Assembly (NCBI GenBank): GCA_027623675.1
Contig: JAQBVF010000020.1
Location: 1-64,000, forward strand
DNA length: 64,000 bases
Direction of reading: 5' to 3'
Source of the DNA: Chloroflexota bacterium
GTDB taxonomy: Bacteria > Chloroflexota > Dehalococcoidia > Lucifugimonadales > UBA3495
The stretch's first letter is position 1. Each line of letters begins with the position of its first letter. The notes under the pieces were generated by a model. That model was not told where the DNA came from, searched no databases, and saw only the letters and a list, made by a program, of their open reading frames with translations. Positions 1-9,357 of this stretch are shown here, one piece after another. Both the position numbers and the translations under genes were made by a program.

Positions 1-72
1 GGTGTGGTCCGAGCGAGGGTCTTCCAGGCTGCCAAAATAGCGCGTGATCGAAGGCGCCGGTCTTTCCTCCAT
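1..72 (-). CDS. ISAs1-family transposase, N-terminal 24 aa (partial)
   Basis: Manual translation MEERPAPSITRYFGSLEDPRSDHT. The F-x-x-L-x-DPR motif is typical of ISAs1 transposase N-termini, and there is a GGAGG RBS at 84-80. Confidence 0.7.
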   Translation of the reverse strand, partial: MEERPAPSITRYFGSLEDPRSDHT

Positions 73-149
73 GAGTCATCCTCCCCACCCCTAAGATGAC
101 TCTTATCCTACCATCGCCACCTAGCCTCCATTCAGATGCGATTGCCCTG
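1..149 (-). mobile_element. Left end of an ISAs1-family insertion sequence, running off the window start
   Basis: Minus-strand CAGGGCAATCGCATCTGAA (149-131) resembles ISAs1-type terminal inverted repeats and lies upstream of a transposase-like start at 72. Confidence 0.7.
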
Positions 150-212
150 GCCCACCCCGGAATCCCTGAACCATGCTGAGATCGAGGGACGGAATATCGG
201 AGTTAGGCCACT

Positions 213-542
213 CTACTTAGCGGGCAGCGACCGGGCGTACGCCGCGCCGCGCTCCACCCACTCGGCCAGTCCGGCGTCGTTGGCCAGGCCCTCCGGTCCT
301 ACGTAGACGAAGCCCTTCATGGGCCGTCCGGTGAAATCCATGGGCCGGGCGTGGGGCAGGCGCAGGGCGTCCTCAAAGTTGTCGGGGCCGGGCCGCACCA
401 TCAGGTCGGCGCCCGTGATGCCCACGGCCATATTCCCGCCAACCATGAAGCAGATCCCGCCGAACATCTTCATCTCGGTATAAGCCGGCTCTGTCTGGAA
501 CACAGCGCGGACCCTTTCCGCCAGCTTCTCGTCGTAGGCCAT
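213..542 (-). CDS. TfoX/Sxy N-terminal domain family protein
   Basis: MAYDEKLAERVR...KMFGGICFMVGGNM...RPMDFTGRPMKGFVYV motifs. Confidence 0.8.
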   Translation of the reverse strand: MAYDEKLAERVRAVFQTEPAYTEMKMFGGICFMVGGNMAVGITGADLMVRPGPDNFEDALRLPHARPMDFTGRPMKGFVYVGPEGLANDAGLAEWVERGAAYARSLPAK

Positions 543-599
543 ATACATCTCCCGGGCATTGAATCGCCAGATCGCTTTGCCACATAGCGTTGAGAGTGC

Positions 600-1837
600 T
601 TAGCTAACCTCGGCCAACCGGCTTTCCAGGAACCGGGTTTCTGCGGCGTTGGTGGTTAGCTCCAAGGCCCGCTGGTAGGCGGCGCGGGCCTCGCCGTACC
701 GGCCCATCCGGCGCAACAGGTCGGCCCTGGCTGAGTGATACCAGCGGTAGTCCCGCAACGGCTCCGATACCTCCGGGCGGTCCATCGCCAAGAGACCGTC
801 CAGGGGCGTCCGGGCCATGGCCACCGCCACCGCGCGGTTCAATTCGACCACCGGGGACGGCTGCAACTGGCTTAGCGCCGCATACAGGGCGGCGATCTGA
901 GGCCAGTCGGTCTCTTCAGCGGTGGCTGCCTGAGAGTGGAGCGCGGAGATGGCCGCCTGCACCTGGTATTGGCCAGGCCGGCCCATCGCGAGAGCCCGGT
1001 CAAGCAGCGACGAGCCCTGTTCGGCTTGCTTTCGGTCCCATATCGACCGGTCCTGGTCGGCAAGCAACACGGGCAAACCTTCGGGCGATTGGCGGGCGCC
1101 GCTCCGTGAGTCCTGAAGGAGCATCAAGGCTAGCAGCCCCAGAACCTCCGGGTCATCGGGCATAAGCTCGGCTAGGACACGGCCCAGTCTGACGGCTTCC
1201 GCCGAAAGGTCGCCGCGGGTCACCTGACCGCCGCCGCTGGCCGCATACCCCTCGTTGAAGATCAGATAGATAACCGCGAGCACGCCCTCCAACCGGTCAG
1301 GGAGAATGCTGTCGGCCGGCACTCTGTACGGTATGCCGGCGTCTCTGATCTTGCGTTTCGCCCGCACCAATCGCTGGGCCATGGTGGCTTCAGGCACCAA
1401 AAATGCCGTGCTGATCTCGGTGGTGGTCAGTCCGCCCAGGGTCCGAAGCGTCAATGCCACCCTGGCTTCCATGTTCAGGGCCGGGTGGCAGCAGGTGAAG
1501 ATCAACCGCAGCCGGTCATCGTGCAACTGCGAATCGTCGAGTCCGTCCAGCATCTCAGATTCATCTTCCTCTGGTTGAGCGTCCGCGATGAGGATGTATT
1601 TCTGGTCGCGAACCTGGTCGCGCCGGGCGGCGTCGATTCCCTTTCTACGGGCTGTGGTGGTTATCCAAGCCGCCGGGTTATCTGGCACGCCGTCCACCGG
1701 ACCAACGCAACGGCGAACGCCTCTTGGAGCGCCTCTTCGACCGCGTCAAAGTCCCGCAGCAGGCGTATCAAAGCCGCGGAGACTTTGCCGTACTCGTCCC
1801 GGAAGACGTTTTCAATGGCTTGGTGGGTTTCGGACAA
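600..1837 (-). pseudogene. ECF42-type RNA polymerase sigma factor with C-terminal TPR extension, frameshifted near 1694-1700
   Basis: The N-terminal frame from TTG 1837 ([48 protein letters not shown]) joins the 600..1697 frame ([12 protein letters not shown]...[15 protein letters not shown]...) only if 7 nt are restored. A DGPF gene lies upstream. Confidence 0.8.
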
Positions 1838-1912
1838 CGTGCGATCTCCATGGGCCGGCGCTCCCGACCGTGAGGCGTTGGGAGCGCCGGCCAGGCATCG
1901 ATCCGGACTCGG

Positions 1913-2269
1913 TCAGTGGTCAAATTCCATGATCGGGCGAATCTCCACCGTGCCGCCTTCCGCGATATGGGGCATCTTGCCGGCCCATTCTATCGCGTTG
2001 TCCAGGTCGGGTGCGTCTACCATGTAAAACCCGCCCAACTGCTCTTTGGTCTCGGCGAAGGGGCCGTCGGTGGCCAGGGGCGCCGGGTTTCCGGACCGGA
2101 CAGTCGTTGCCGCCATCGTGGGCTGCAGGGCCTCGCCGGCCAGCAGCAAACCTGAAGATTGTAGATCGGCGGTGTACTTGAACCAGGCGTCCATCGTTTT
2201 GGACATCTCTTCCGGAGATCTGTTCATGTTGGTCTGCTCGTTGTCGTAGATGAGAAATAGGTATTTCAT
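1913..2269 (-). CDS. YCII-related DGPF-domain protein (ECF42 partner)
   Basis: TDGPFAETKEQLGGFY motif, directly upstream of the ECF sigma gene. Confidence 0.9.
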   Translation of the reverse strand: MKYLFLIYDNEQTNMNRSPEEMSKTMDAWFKYTADLQSSGLLLAGEALQPTMAATTVRSGNPAPLATDGPFAETKEQLGGFYMVDAPDLDNAIEWAGKMPHIAEGGTVEIRPIMEFDH

Positions 2270-2310
2270 TGCTCGCTCCTAAGGTCAAAATTCTGTTCCT
2301 GCAAATATAC

Positions 2311-2337
2311 GACGCACGGGAACCAGTAAAATCGACA
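2311..2337 (-). promoter_or_regulatory. ECF42-type promoter (-35 TGTCGA, 17-nt spacer, -10 CGTC)
   Basis: Minus strand reads TGTCGA-TTTTACTGGTTCCCGTG-CGTC about 40 nt upstream of the DGPF gene, matching the known ECF42 consensus TGTCGA / CG(A/T)C. Confidence 0.75.
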
Positions 2338-2465
2338 ACCCCAACTGTTGTCCGCCGATCCCTGGCTCGCTCTGCTGAAAGTCCACCACGGATTGTGCCA
2401 TACTGCATCACTACTATTATCTGATTTGCCGATTCCCGCTTCGGAACTGGCCGCGGCTTTGAACC

Positions 2466-3791
2466 ATGGACCCGATCCAAACCGACCCCGAAACCCAAAT
2501 CGTAAAACCAAGCCGGATATTCTACGGCTGGTGGATACTGGGGACCATCAGCTTGATGGCCGCCATGAACAACGCCTTCTTTGATAAAGGGCCGACGCTG
2601 TTCCTGATCCCAGTTGGCGCCAGCCTGGGGCTGAACCGGGCCACCACATCGCTCATATTCTCCCTGGGCCGGTCGGAAGGCGCGGTGAACGGGCCGGCCG
2701 TCGGTTATCTGGTAGACCGGTTCGGCGCCCGCAGGATAATGGTCATCGGCACGCTATTGGCCGGGACCGGTTTTATCATCTTCGCCTTTGCGTCCAGCCT
2801 TTGGGTCTTCGCCCTGGCCTACCTGGGCTTCGTAGCCCTGGGGGCAACCATGGCCTTTCAGGACTCGGCTACGTCCATGGTCAATATGTGGTTCAGCCGA
2901 TACCGGGTGCGGGCCATGTCCATCCGCGAAGCTTCAGGTAACTTGGGCTCCACCATCCTGATTCCCCTGATGACCTTGGTCATCGCCTTCTACGATTGGC
3001 GGATCGCCGCCCTGATGGGCGCCGTGGCCTATCTGGTGTTGATACTGCCTCTGATTCCGTTCCTGAGAGAGTCTCCCGAGAGCATGGGCCTGTTGCCCGA
3101 CGGGGCTGACGAAGACGCTTTGAAAAAGGCGCGTGCGAGCGCCGCGGGGACCAGCCCCGTTGAGCTCCAACGGTTGCGCCGTTACTACGAGGGAACTGAG
3201 TTCACGGTTCGCGAAGCCCTGCGAACGTCGTCTTTCTGGTACTTACTTTCGGGCACGGTTCTCAGGCAGGTCTCGCGAGTGGGGATCGATCTCCACTACG
3301 TGGCGATATTACAGTGGAAAGACTTCGACATCACCACTGCATCGCTGTTGTTCACCCTGCGCCTGGGGATGAACGTGCCGTCCAAGCTGATCGTCGGGTA
3401 CTTCGGTGACCAGGTCTCCAAGCCCGCCATCTTGGCCGGGGGAATGGTGCTGTATTCCTTAGGCCTGGTCATGCTGCTATCGACCGACGCCACCTGGATA
3501 TTGTTGGTCTCCGCGGTTGTCATGGGAATGTCGGAGGGCATTACGCCCGTGAATTGGGGGGCGATCGGCGATTACTTCGGCAGACACCACTACGCCACAC
3601 TTCGGGGAATCATTAACTTCAGCTATAGCTGGGCATTGCTGTTGGTGCCATTCGCCGCCGGCTGGTGGTTCGACCAATATTCCAGCTACACGGCGCCGCT
3701 GGCCGTCGCCCTGGTGGCGGCCGTCGCCTCGGCAGTGATCTACGCCTTGATGCGCCAGCCAAAACCGCCGGCCAGACTTGCCGCGGATTAG
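2466..3791 (+). CDS. MFS transporter
   Basis: About 12 hydrophobic segments, MFS motif A GYLVDRFGARR, and ESPESMGLLPDG. Confidence 0.9.
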   Translation: MDPIQTDPETQIVKPSRIFYGWWILGTISLMAAMNNAFFDKGPTLFLIPVGASLGLNRATTSLIFSLGRSEGAVNGPAVGYLVDRFGARRIMVIGTLLAGTGFIIFAFASSLWVFALAYLGFVALGATMAFQDSATSMVNMWFSRYRVRAMSIREASGNLGSTILIPLMTLVIAFYDWRIAALMGAVAYLVLILPLIPFLRESPESMGLLPDGADEDALKKARASAAGTSPVELQRLRRYYEGTEFTVREALRTSSFWYLLSGTVLRQVSRVGIDLHYVAILQWKDFDITTASLLFTLRLGMNVPSKLIVGYFGDQVSKPAILAGGMVLYSLGLVMLLSTDATWILLVSAVVMGMSEGITPVNWGAIGDYFGRHHYATLRGIINFSYSWALLLVPFAAGWWFDQYSSYTAPLAVALVAAVASAVIYALMRQPKPPARLAAD

Positions 3792-3882
3792 CGGCAGGCA
3801 TCGCGTGGGCTGTCATTTGGTAAGCTAAAGTCAGACACGAGTTCCACAACGCCGAGAGACGGACCAGCCGGGGGTGACACAC

Positions 3883-4305
3883 ATGGCCGACGCGGTGACA
3901 CTGCGCCAATGCACGCCAGCCGATCTCGAATCGGTATTGGCATTGTGGCGGGCTGCCGGCTCCACCCCTAGCGTCACCGACACCAGCGATATGTTGCAGG
4001 CCGCCATCGACTCGGCGTCGACGTCAGTGGTGCTGGCGGTGAGCGGAGGCACGATAGCTGGCTCCATCATTGGGGCATTTGACGGCTGGCGGGGCAATAT
4101 CTATCGGCTGGCGGTCCATCCAGACTACCAGCGGCGCGGCATCGCCAGGAGATTGGTCGCGGAGATCGAAGGATGGCTTCGGGACCACGGGGTTAAGCGC
4201 GTGGCCGCGGTGGTCGAGAGAGACCATCCCTGGGCGGTGGGCTTCTGGGAATCCACTGGGTTCAAGCTGGAACCCATGGACCTGAGGTACACCCGCAACC
4301 TTTAG
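3883..4305 (+). CDS. GNAT-family N-acetyltransferase
   Basis: LAVHPDYQRRGIA acetyl-CoA-binding motif; FDGWRGNIYR. Confidence 0.88.
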   Translation: MADAVTLRQCTPADLESVLALWRAAGSTPSVTDTSDMLQAAIDSASTSVVLAVSGGTIAGSIIGAFDGWRGNIYRLAVHPDYQRRGIARRLVAEIEGWLRDHGVKRVAAVVERDHPWAVGFWESTGFKLEPMDLRYTRNL

Positions 4306-4326
4306 GCTTCATCGGCGGGTGGACGC

Positions 4327-5412
4327 CTAGAAAACCACCACCGAACGCAGGACCTCGCCGCGCTCCATCTTGTGGAACGCTTCTTCCACGTCGCCGATGG
4401 CGATGGTCTCGGACACGAAGCGTTGCAGGTCAAGCCGGCCCTGCAGATGCAGGTCGATCAGCATGGGGAAATCGCGCGAGGGCAGGCAGTCGCCGTACCA
4501 GGACGATTTCAGGCTGCCGCCGCGCCCGAACACTTCCAGTAGGGGCAGGTCGATCCTCATGTCGGGGCTGGGCACGCCCACCAGCACCACCGTGCCGGCA
4601 TGGTCCCTGGCGTAGAAGGCCTGCTCGTAGGTGATGGGATTGCCTACCGCCTCGATGGCCACGTCCACGCCGTTGCCGCCGGTGAGCTTGCGTATCTCCT
4701 CCACCGGTTCGGTTGACGAGGCGTTGATGGCGTGGGTCGCGCCGAACTCCTTGGCCCAGGCCAGCTTTCGGTCGTCCAGATCCACCGCGATTATGGTGTG
4801 GGCGCCGGCCAGCCTGGCCCCGGCGATGGCGGCGTCGCCAACACCTCCGCAGCCGAACACCGCCACCGAGTCGCCACGGCTCACGTTGCCCGTGTTCATC
4901 GCCGCGCCGAACCCGGCCATGATGCCGCATCCGACCAGTCCGGCGGCTTCGGGACTGGCGTTGGGCGAGACCTTAACCGCCTGCCCGGCGGCCACCAAGG
5001 TCAGTTCCGCGAAAGCGCCGATGCCCAGTGCCGGGGAGAGGGGCGTGCCGTCGGCCAATGTCATCGTCTGGGAGGCGTTCTGGCTGGCGAAGCAGTACCA
5101 GGGTGCGCCGCGCCGGCACGACCGGCAGGCGCCGCAGGGGGCGCGCCAGGCGATGATTACGAAGTCGCCGGGGACAACGTTGGTCACGCCTTCACCCACC
5201 GACTCTATGGACCCTGAGGCCTCGTGTCCCAGGAGGAAGGGGAAGTTGTCGTTGATGGCCCCCTCGCGGTAGTGGAGGTCGGTATGGCAAACACCGCAGG
5301 CCTTGACCCGCACCAGCACTTCTCCGGGGCCTGGATCAGGCACCAAGATTGGGACCAACTGCACCGGCGCACCCTTGGCTGCCGCGACTACGCCATTAAC
5401 CTGATGGGCCAT
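4327..5412 (-). CDS. Zn-dependent alcohol dehydrogenase, S-(hydroxymethyl)mycothiol dehydrogenase (MscR/AdhE2)-like
   Basis: [24 protein letters not shown], structural Zn CxxCxxC..C, and [14 protein letters not shown] typical of the actinobacterial mycothiol-dependent formaldehyde dehydrogenase. Confidence 0.8.
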   Translation of the reverse strand: MAHQVNGVVAAAKGAPVQLVPILVPDPGPGEVLVRVKACGVCHTDLHYREGAINDNFPFLLGHEASGSIESVGEGVTNVVPGDFVIIAWRAPCGACRSCRRGAPWYCFASQNASQTMTLADGTPLSPALGIGAFAELTLVAAGQAVKVSPNASPEAAGLVGCGIMAGFGAAMNTGNVSRGDSVAVFGCGGVGDAAIAGARLAGAHTIIAVDLDDRKLAWAKEFGATHAINASSTEPVEEIRKLTGGNGVDVAIEAVGNPITYEQAFYARDHAGTVVLVGVPSPDMRIDLPLLEVFGRGGSLKSSWYGDCLPSRDFPMLIDLHLQGRLDLQRFVSETIAIGDVEEAFHKMERGEVLRSVVVF

Positions 5413-5518
5413 GGATCACTTTCTCCTAAGCCCTGACTGGGCTAGATCGCCCTTTGGGCTAGAGCCTGTTGGCATCTCCGGAAGATTCTATGCCGGACCC
5501 CCGTTCGCTGTCCACGGA

Positions 5519-6721
5519 TCAGCGGGCCAACGCCTTCTCGATCCTTTTGGCGAATCCGATCAGGGCTTCGTCTGACCCGTGGTCTCCCATGAGAGATATG
5601 CCAACGGGCAGACCGTTGACCAGGGCCAGCGGCAGGCTCAGTTGCGGCCTCCCGGTGGTGCCGCCGATGCAGGTTAAGCGGCTCAGCCTTCCCTGAACGT
5701 CCTTCTTGGCCGAGGCGGGAAGGCCCCGCAGCGGAGCGGCAACCGGCGCGGTGGGCAGACAGACGAACCCGCCTCCGGCGAACACCTCGTCCATCCTGGC
5801 CCGGAGCTTGTCGCGGGATATCGCGGCCTCGCTCAACTGGGCATCGGTCAGGCTGATGGCCAGATGGTAGCGTTCGCTAACCCAGAAGCTGAACCTTGGG
5901 TTCACCTGGTCGACCCAGTCCTTCACCGAGTCCCAGGCTTCCTGCGATTGCAATACGTTCTGCTGGGACGCCCATTCAGTCAGTCCGTCGGGCGCCAGCC
6001 GCTCGGTGGTTGAACCGCCGGCCATGGCGGCGATCTTCTCGGCCAGCGGCATCAAGACATCCGCCACGTTGGGGTCGGCCTCTTCGAAGCAATCTTGGGC
6101 GATGACCACGCGTTCCGGACTATGGTCGGGGATACTGCTTTGGAACACTTCAGCCGCCACCCGGGCATAGGTTTCGGCGTCCCTGGCGAACCAGCCGATG
6201 GTGTCGTAGCTGGGGGCCTGCATCAAGATGCCTTCCAAGGGGATGCGCCCGTGGGTGGGGCGGAGTCCATAAAGACCGCAGAAACTGGCGGGGATCCTTA
6301 CCGAGCCTCCGGTGTCGGACCCCAGGGCAAAGTCCACCAATCCACCAGCTACCGCCGCCGCCGACCCGCTGGACGACCCGCCCGGCACCCGGCCCAGCGC
6401 CTTGGAGTTGATGGGGGTGCCGTAGTGGGCGTTCTCACCCAGGATGCCCCTGGTCAACTCGTCGGTGTGGGTCTTGCCCACCATGGTAGCCCCGGCTTTG
6501 ACCAGCGTTTGCACGATCCAGGCATGACGCTCGGCCGGGAGGTGGGTCGCCTTCCAGTCGGGATTGCCGCCGCCGGTCACATGGCCCTTTACGTCGAAGA
6601 TGTCTTTGGCGGCGAAGGTCAGACGGTTCAACGGACCTCCCATTCGCCCGGCTAGGTAGGCGTCGGTGTCCTTGCAGAAGGCGTCCAACGGATCAGCGAG
6701 GGGTTGCCTGGGCCTGGGCAT
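5519..6721 (-). CDS. Amidase signature family protein
   Basis: AKDIFD lysine, GGSSSGS and GSDTGGSVRIPAS motifs. Confidence 0.92.
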   Translation of the reverse strand: MPRPRQPLADPLDAFCKDTDAYLAGRMGGPLNRLTFAAKDIFDVKGHVTGGGNPDWKATHLPAERHAWIVQTLVKAGATMVGKTHTDELTRGILGENAHYGTPINSKALGRVPGGSSSGSAAAVAGGLVDFALGSDTGGSVRIPASFCGLYGLRPTHGRIPLEGILMQAPSYDTIGWFARDAETYARVAAEVFQSSIPDHSPERVVIAQDCFEEADPNVADVLMPLAEKIAAMAGGSTTERLAPDGLTEWASQQNVLQSQEAWDSVKDWVDQVNPRFSFWVSERYHLAISLTDAQLSEAAISRDKLRARMDEVFAGGGFVCLPTAPVAAPLRGLPASAKKDVQGRLSRLTCIGGTTGRPQLSLPLALVNGLPVGISLMGDHGSDEALIGFAKRIEKALAR

Positions 6722-6867
6722 GGGGAACCTCCAGAAGCGGTAGCAGTAAAATCGTTGTAAGAGTATAGCTTAGCGGCCCAGGTACGGGCGGGAACTTTAT
6801 CGCGGCGCGGTCCGTCAAGAGAAGAGAACAAGGCGACAAGAACAAAGGGATCAAACGGAGGACGGCG

Positions 6868-7671
6868 ATGAAGAAGATGCGAGTCGGTATGATAACGGCA
6901 CTGGTTGCAGCGCTGGCGTTGATCGCGGCAGTGGCTTGCGGCGGCAACGAAGCCACACCCCTGTCCACCCAACCGCCGCCAACCGAAACCCCGGTCCAAG
7001 GACAGCCGACTGCCGAACCGCCAAGCATGGTCGAGAACCTAGCGCCCATCGAGGATACGGCCGTGTTGCCGCCCGCTGCCGAGGGAGGGGAATACGTCCT
7101 CGTGATCACCTCCGGGCTGCCTGGCGGCTGCGCCACGTTCAGCGGGTACAGCGTGGAGCGAGATGGCAACGATTTCGCCGTCACCGTGTCCAATCTGATG
7201 CCCGACCCCAAAGAGTCCATCGCCTGCACCGCCATCTACGGCTACCACGAAGGTGAGACGGTCTTGGGCCGCGGACTTACAATCGGCGAGACCTACACGG
7301 TAACCGTGAACGGTAGCCTGACCCATTCATTCACCGCGCTCGATGATGCCGGGTTGGCCATGGTCGAGAAGGAATCTCCCATCGAGGAAGCCGGTGTTGC
7401 CAAGGCTGACGGCGGGTACGTGCTGACTGTGGTTTCCAGACTGCCCAAAGGCAGCAGCTGCTCCCGGTTCAACGGGTACGAGATCAACCAGCGGTTCGCC
7501 GAGCGCATCGAAGTGACCGTAACCCACCGGGAGGTTGCCGAGGACAACGTCCCCTGCACTCGAGACCTGCCGGTGGTCGTAACCGAGATTCCCCTGGGAG
7601 GAGATTTCGAAGCTGGCCGCACCTACACCGTGTTGGTCAACGGCACGGAGGCCTCGTTCACCGCCGAATAA
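6868..7671 (+). CDS. Hypothetical lipoprotein with two tandem Cys-pair domains
   Basis: Lipobox AVAC, Pro-rich linker, and two ~105-aa repeats (LPGGC...ACTAI...YTVTVNG / LPKGSSC...PCTRD...YTVLVNG). Confidence 0.75.
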   Translation: MKKMRVGMITALVAALALIAAVACGGNEATPLSTQPPPTETPVQGQPTAEPPSMVENLAPIEDTAVLPPAAEGGEYVLVITSGLPGGCATFSGYSVERDGNDFAVTVSNLMPDPKESIACTAIYGYHEGETVLGRGLTIGETYTVTVNGSLTHSFTALDDAGLAMVEKESPIEEAGVAKADGGYVLTVVSRLPKGSSCSRFNGYEINQRFAERIEVTVTHREVAEDNVPCTRDLPVVVTEIPLGGDFEAGRTYTVLVNGTEASFTAE

Positions 7672-7690
7672 GCCCTGATTCAGGCGAAAC

Positions 7691-7728
7691 CCAAGAACCG
7701 GCCGGGTACGCTTTCGGCCGGTTCTTGG
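7691..7728. terminator. Hairpin, probable intrinsic terminator
   Basis: 14-bp stem CCAAGAACCGGCCG/CGGCCGGTTCTTGG just after the lipoprotein stop; no strong U-tract. Confidence 0.5.
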
Positions 7729-7825
7729 CGTTCGGGGAATCTGCGATATACTATCTGCCATCTGATCTGATGAGCGAATCTTTCCAAAACATCTGATTTA
7801 AGGATGCGAATCGTGGAGGGTCGAT

Positions 7826-9181
7826 ATGCTGACCGCCGAAGAGAATGACAGGCTTACCAAAGTAGGCCCAGGGACTCCCATGGGCGAGCTCATGCGCCGG
7901 TACTGGATCCCCATCCGCCCCCTGGCTGAGCTTAAAGAGCGGGATGTGATGCCGGTCCGTATCTTGGGCGAGGACCTGGTCCTGTTCATCACCGGAAAGG
8001 GTGAGTTGGGTCTGGTCGGCGAGCGCTGTCCGCACCGTATGGCCATGATGAAGTACGGTATACCCGACGAGGACGGCCTCCGTTGCTGCTATCACGGATG
8101 GGAGTTCGCCCCCAACGGCCAATGCATCGACATGCCCCTGGAGGCTCCCACCAACAAGCTGAAAGACCAGGTCAATATTGCCGCATACCCGGTGCGGGAG
8201 ATGGGCGGCTTGGTCTGGGCCTACATGGGTCCCGCTCCGGTGCCCCTGCTCCCGCCTTGGGACCTGTTCGTGATGCCCAACGCCATCCGCCAGATCGGCA
8301 TCTCCCATCTGGAGTGCAACTGGCTGCAATGCCACGAGAATACCGGCGACCCGGCCCATAGCGTCTACCTCCACGGCTACACGTTCAGATACATGCTAGA
8401 GAAGCAAGGGAACCTGGAAGAGCGTACCAAGGACCGTCAGATGTCCACGCTTCACGCCAGGATCGATATGGGCCGGGGCATCGAGTCGCTCTACGCCCAC
8501 GAGACCCAGTACGGCATGGAGAAAGGCATCAACTACTCCAAGGCCTTGGGCGCCGACAAAGACCGCCGGTCCAGGCATTCCACGGTCATCTTTCCCTTCT
8601 ACACCCAGACCGGCGGGCCCGGACAGGTGCGGCAGGAGTTCCAGATCCGGGTGCCCATCGACGACACGAACACCTACCACATCGCCTACGGCTGCTACAC
8701 GGCCCCGGAAGCGGTGCCTGCCCCCGTCCAGGATACGATTCCTTACTACGACATCCCCATCTTCGATGAAGACGGCCAGCCATTGTGGGACTTCGTTCTG
8801 GCCCAGGACGCCCATGCCTGGGTCTCCCAGGGCGACATCTACGACCGGACGGCGGAGCAACTGGGCCGGACCGATCTGCCCATCGTCTTCATGCGCCGCC
8901 AGTTCGAGGAGCAGATACGCATCATGGAGGACGGCGGCGACCCGAAGAACGTCTTCCGCGACCCGGACGCCATGCCCGCCCTGATCCACGGCGGCATCTG
9001 GGATGAGGGCGATTCGTCGGTCACCGGGGCCGGCGGCGCCATCGCCAACTTCCGTTCTGCCTACCACAAGGGTTACGGGGTCGACGACGCCGACCGCTAC
9101 GGCCCGGCCATGCCCGACATCATCGACCTGATGCAGCGCATCGACGACCACATCTCGGCGGGAGCGGCTTCCGACGACTAG
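7826..9181 (+). CDS. Rieske non-heme iron oxygenase alpha subunit (phthalate dioxygenase-like)
   Basis: Rieske CPHR...CCYHGW; mononuclear Fe site ENTGDPAHSVYLH and QD; N-terminus LTKVGPGTPMGELMRRYW. Confidence 0.9.
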   Translation: MLTAEENDRLTKVGPGTPMGELMRRYWIPIRPLAELKERDVMPVRILGEDLVLFITGKGELGLVGERCPHRMAMMKYGIPDEDGLRCCYHGWEFAPNGQCIDMPLEAPTNKLKDQVNIAAYPVREMGGLVWAYMGPAPVPLLPPWDLFVMPNAIRQIGISHLECNWLQCHENTGDPAHSVYLHGYTFRYMLEKQGNLEERTKDRQMSTLHARIDMGRGIESLYAHETQYGMEKGINYSKALGADKDRRSRHSTVIFPFYTQTGGPGQVRQEFQIRVPIDDTNTYHIAYGCYTAPEAVPAPVQDTIPYYDIPIFDEDGQPLWDFVLAQDAHAWVSQGDIYDRTAEQLGRTDLPIVFMRRQFEEQIRIMEDGGDPKNVFRDPDAMPALIHGGIWDEGDSSVTGAGGAIANFRSAYHKGYGVDDADRYGPAMPDIIDLMQRIDDHISAGAASDD

Positions 9182-9357
9182 GCAACGCTCCGCCCAGGCG
9201 CTTGGCCCAGGCTTGTAGACCAACCCGGATGGCGGTCACGAGCCTGGGTTTTTTGCGCACCGGCGATACCTGGCTGCGGCGGTACCCCACCGGTGATAAA
9301 CTGTGGCGCAATCACGGACGATACCAGCCTGACCAAGTTGATTTTAGGAAGTAACCC

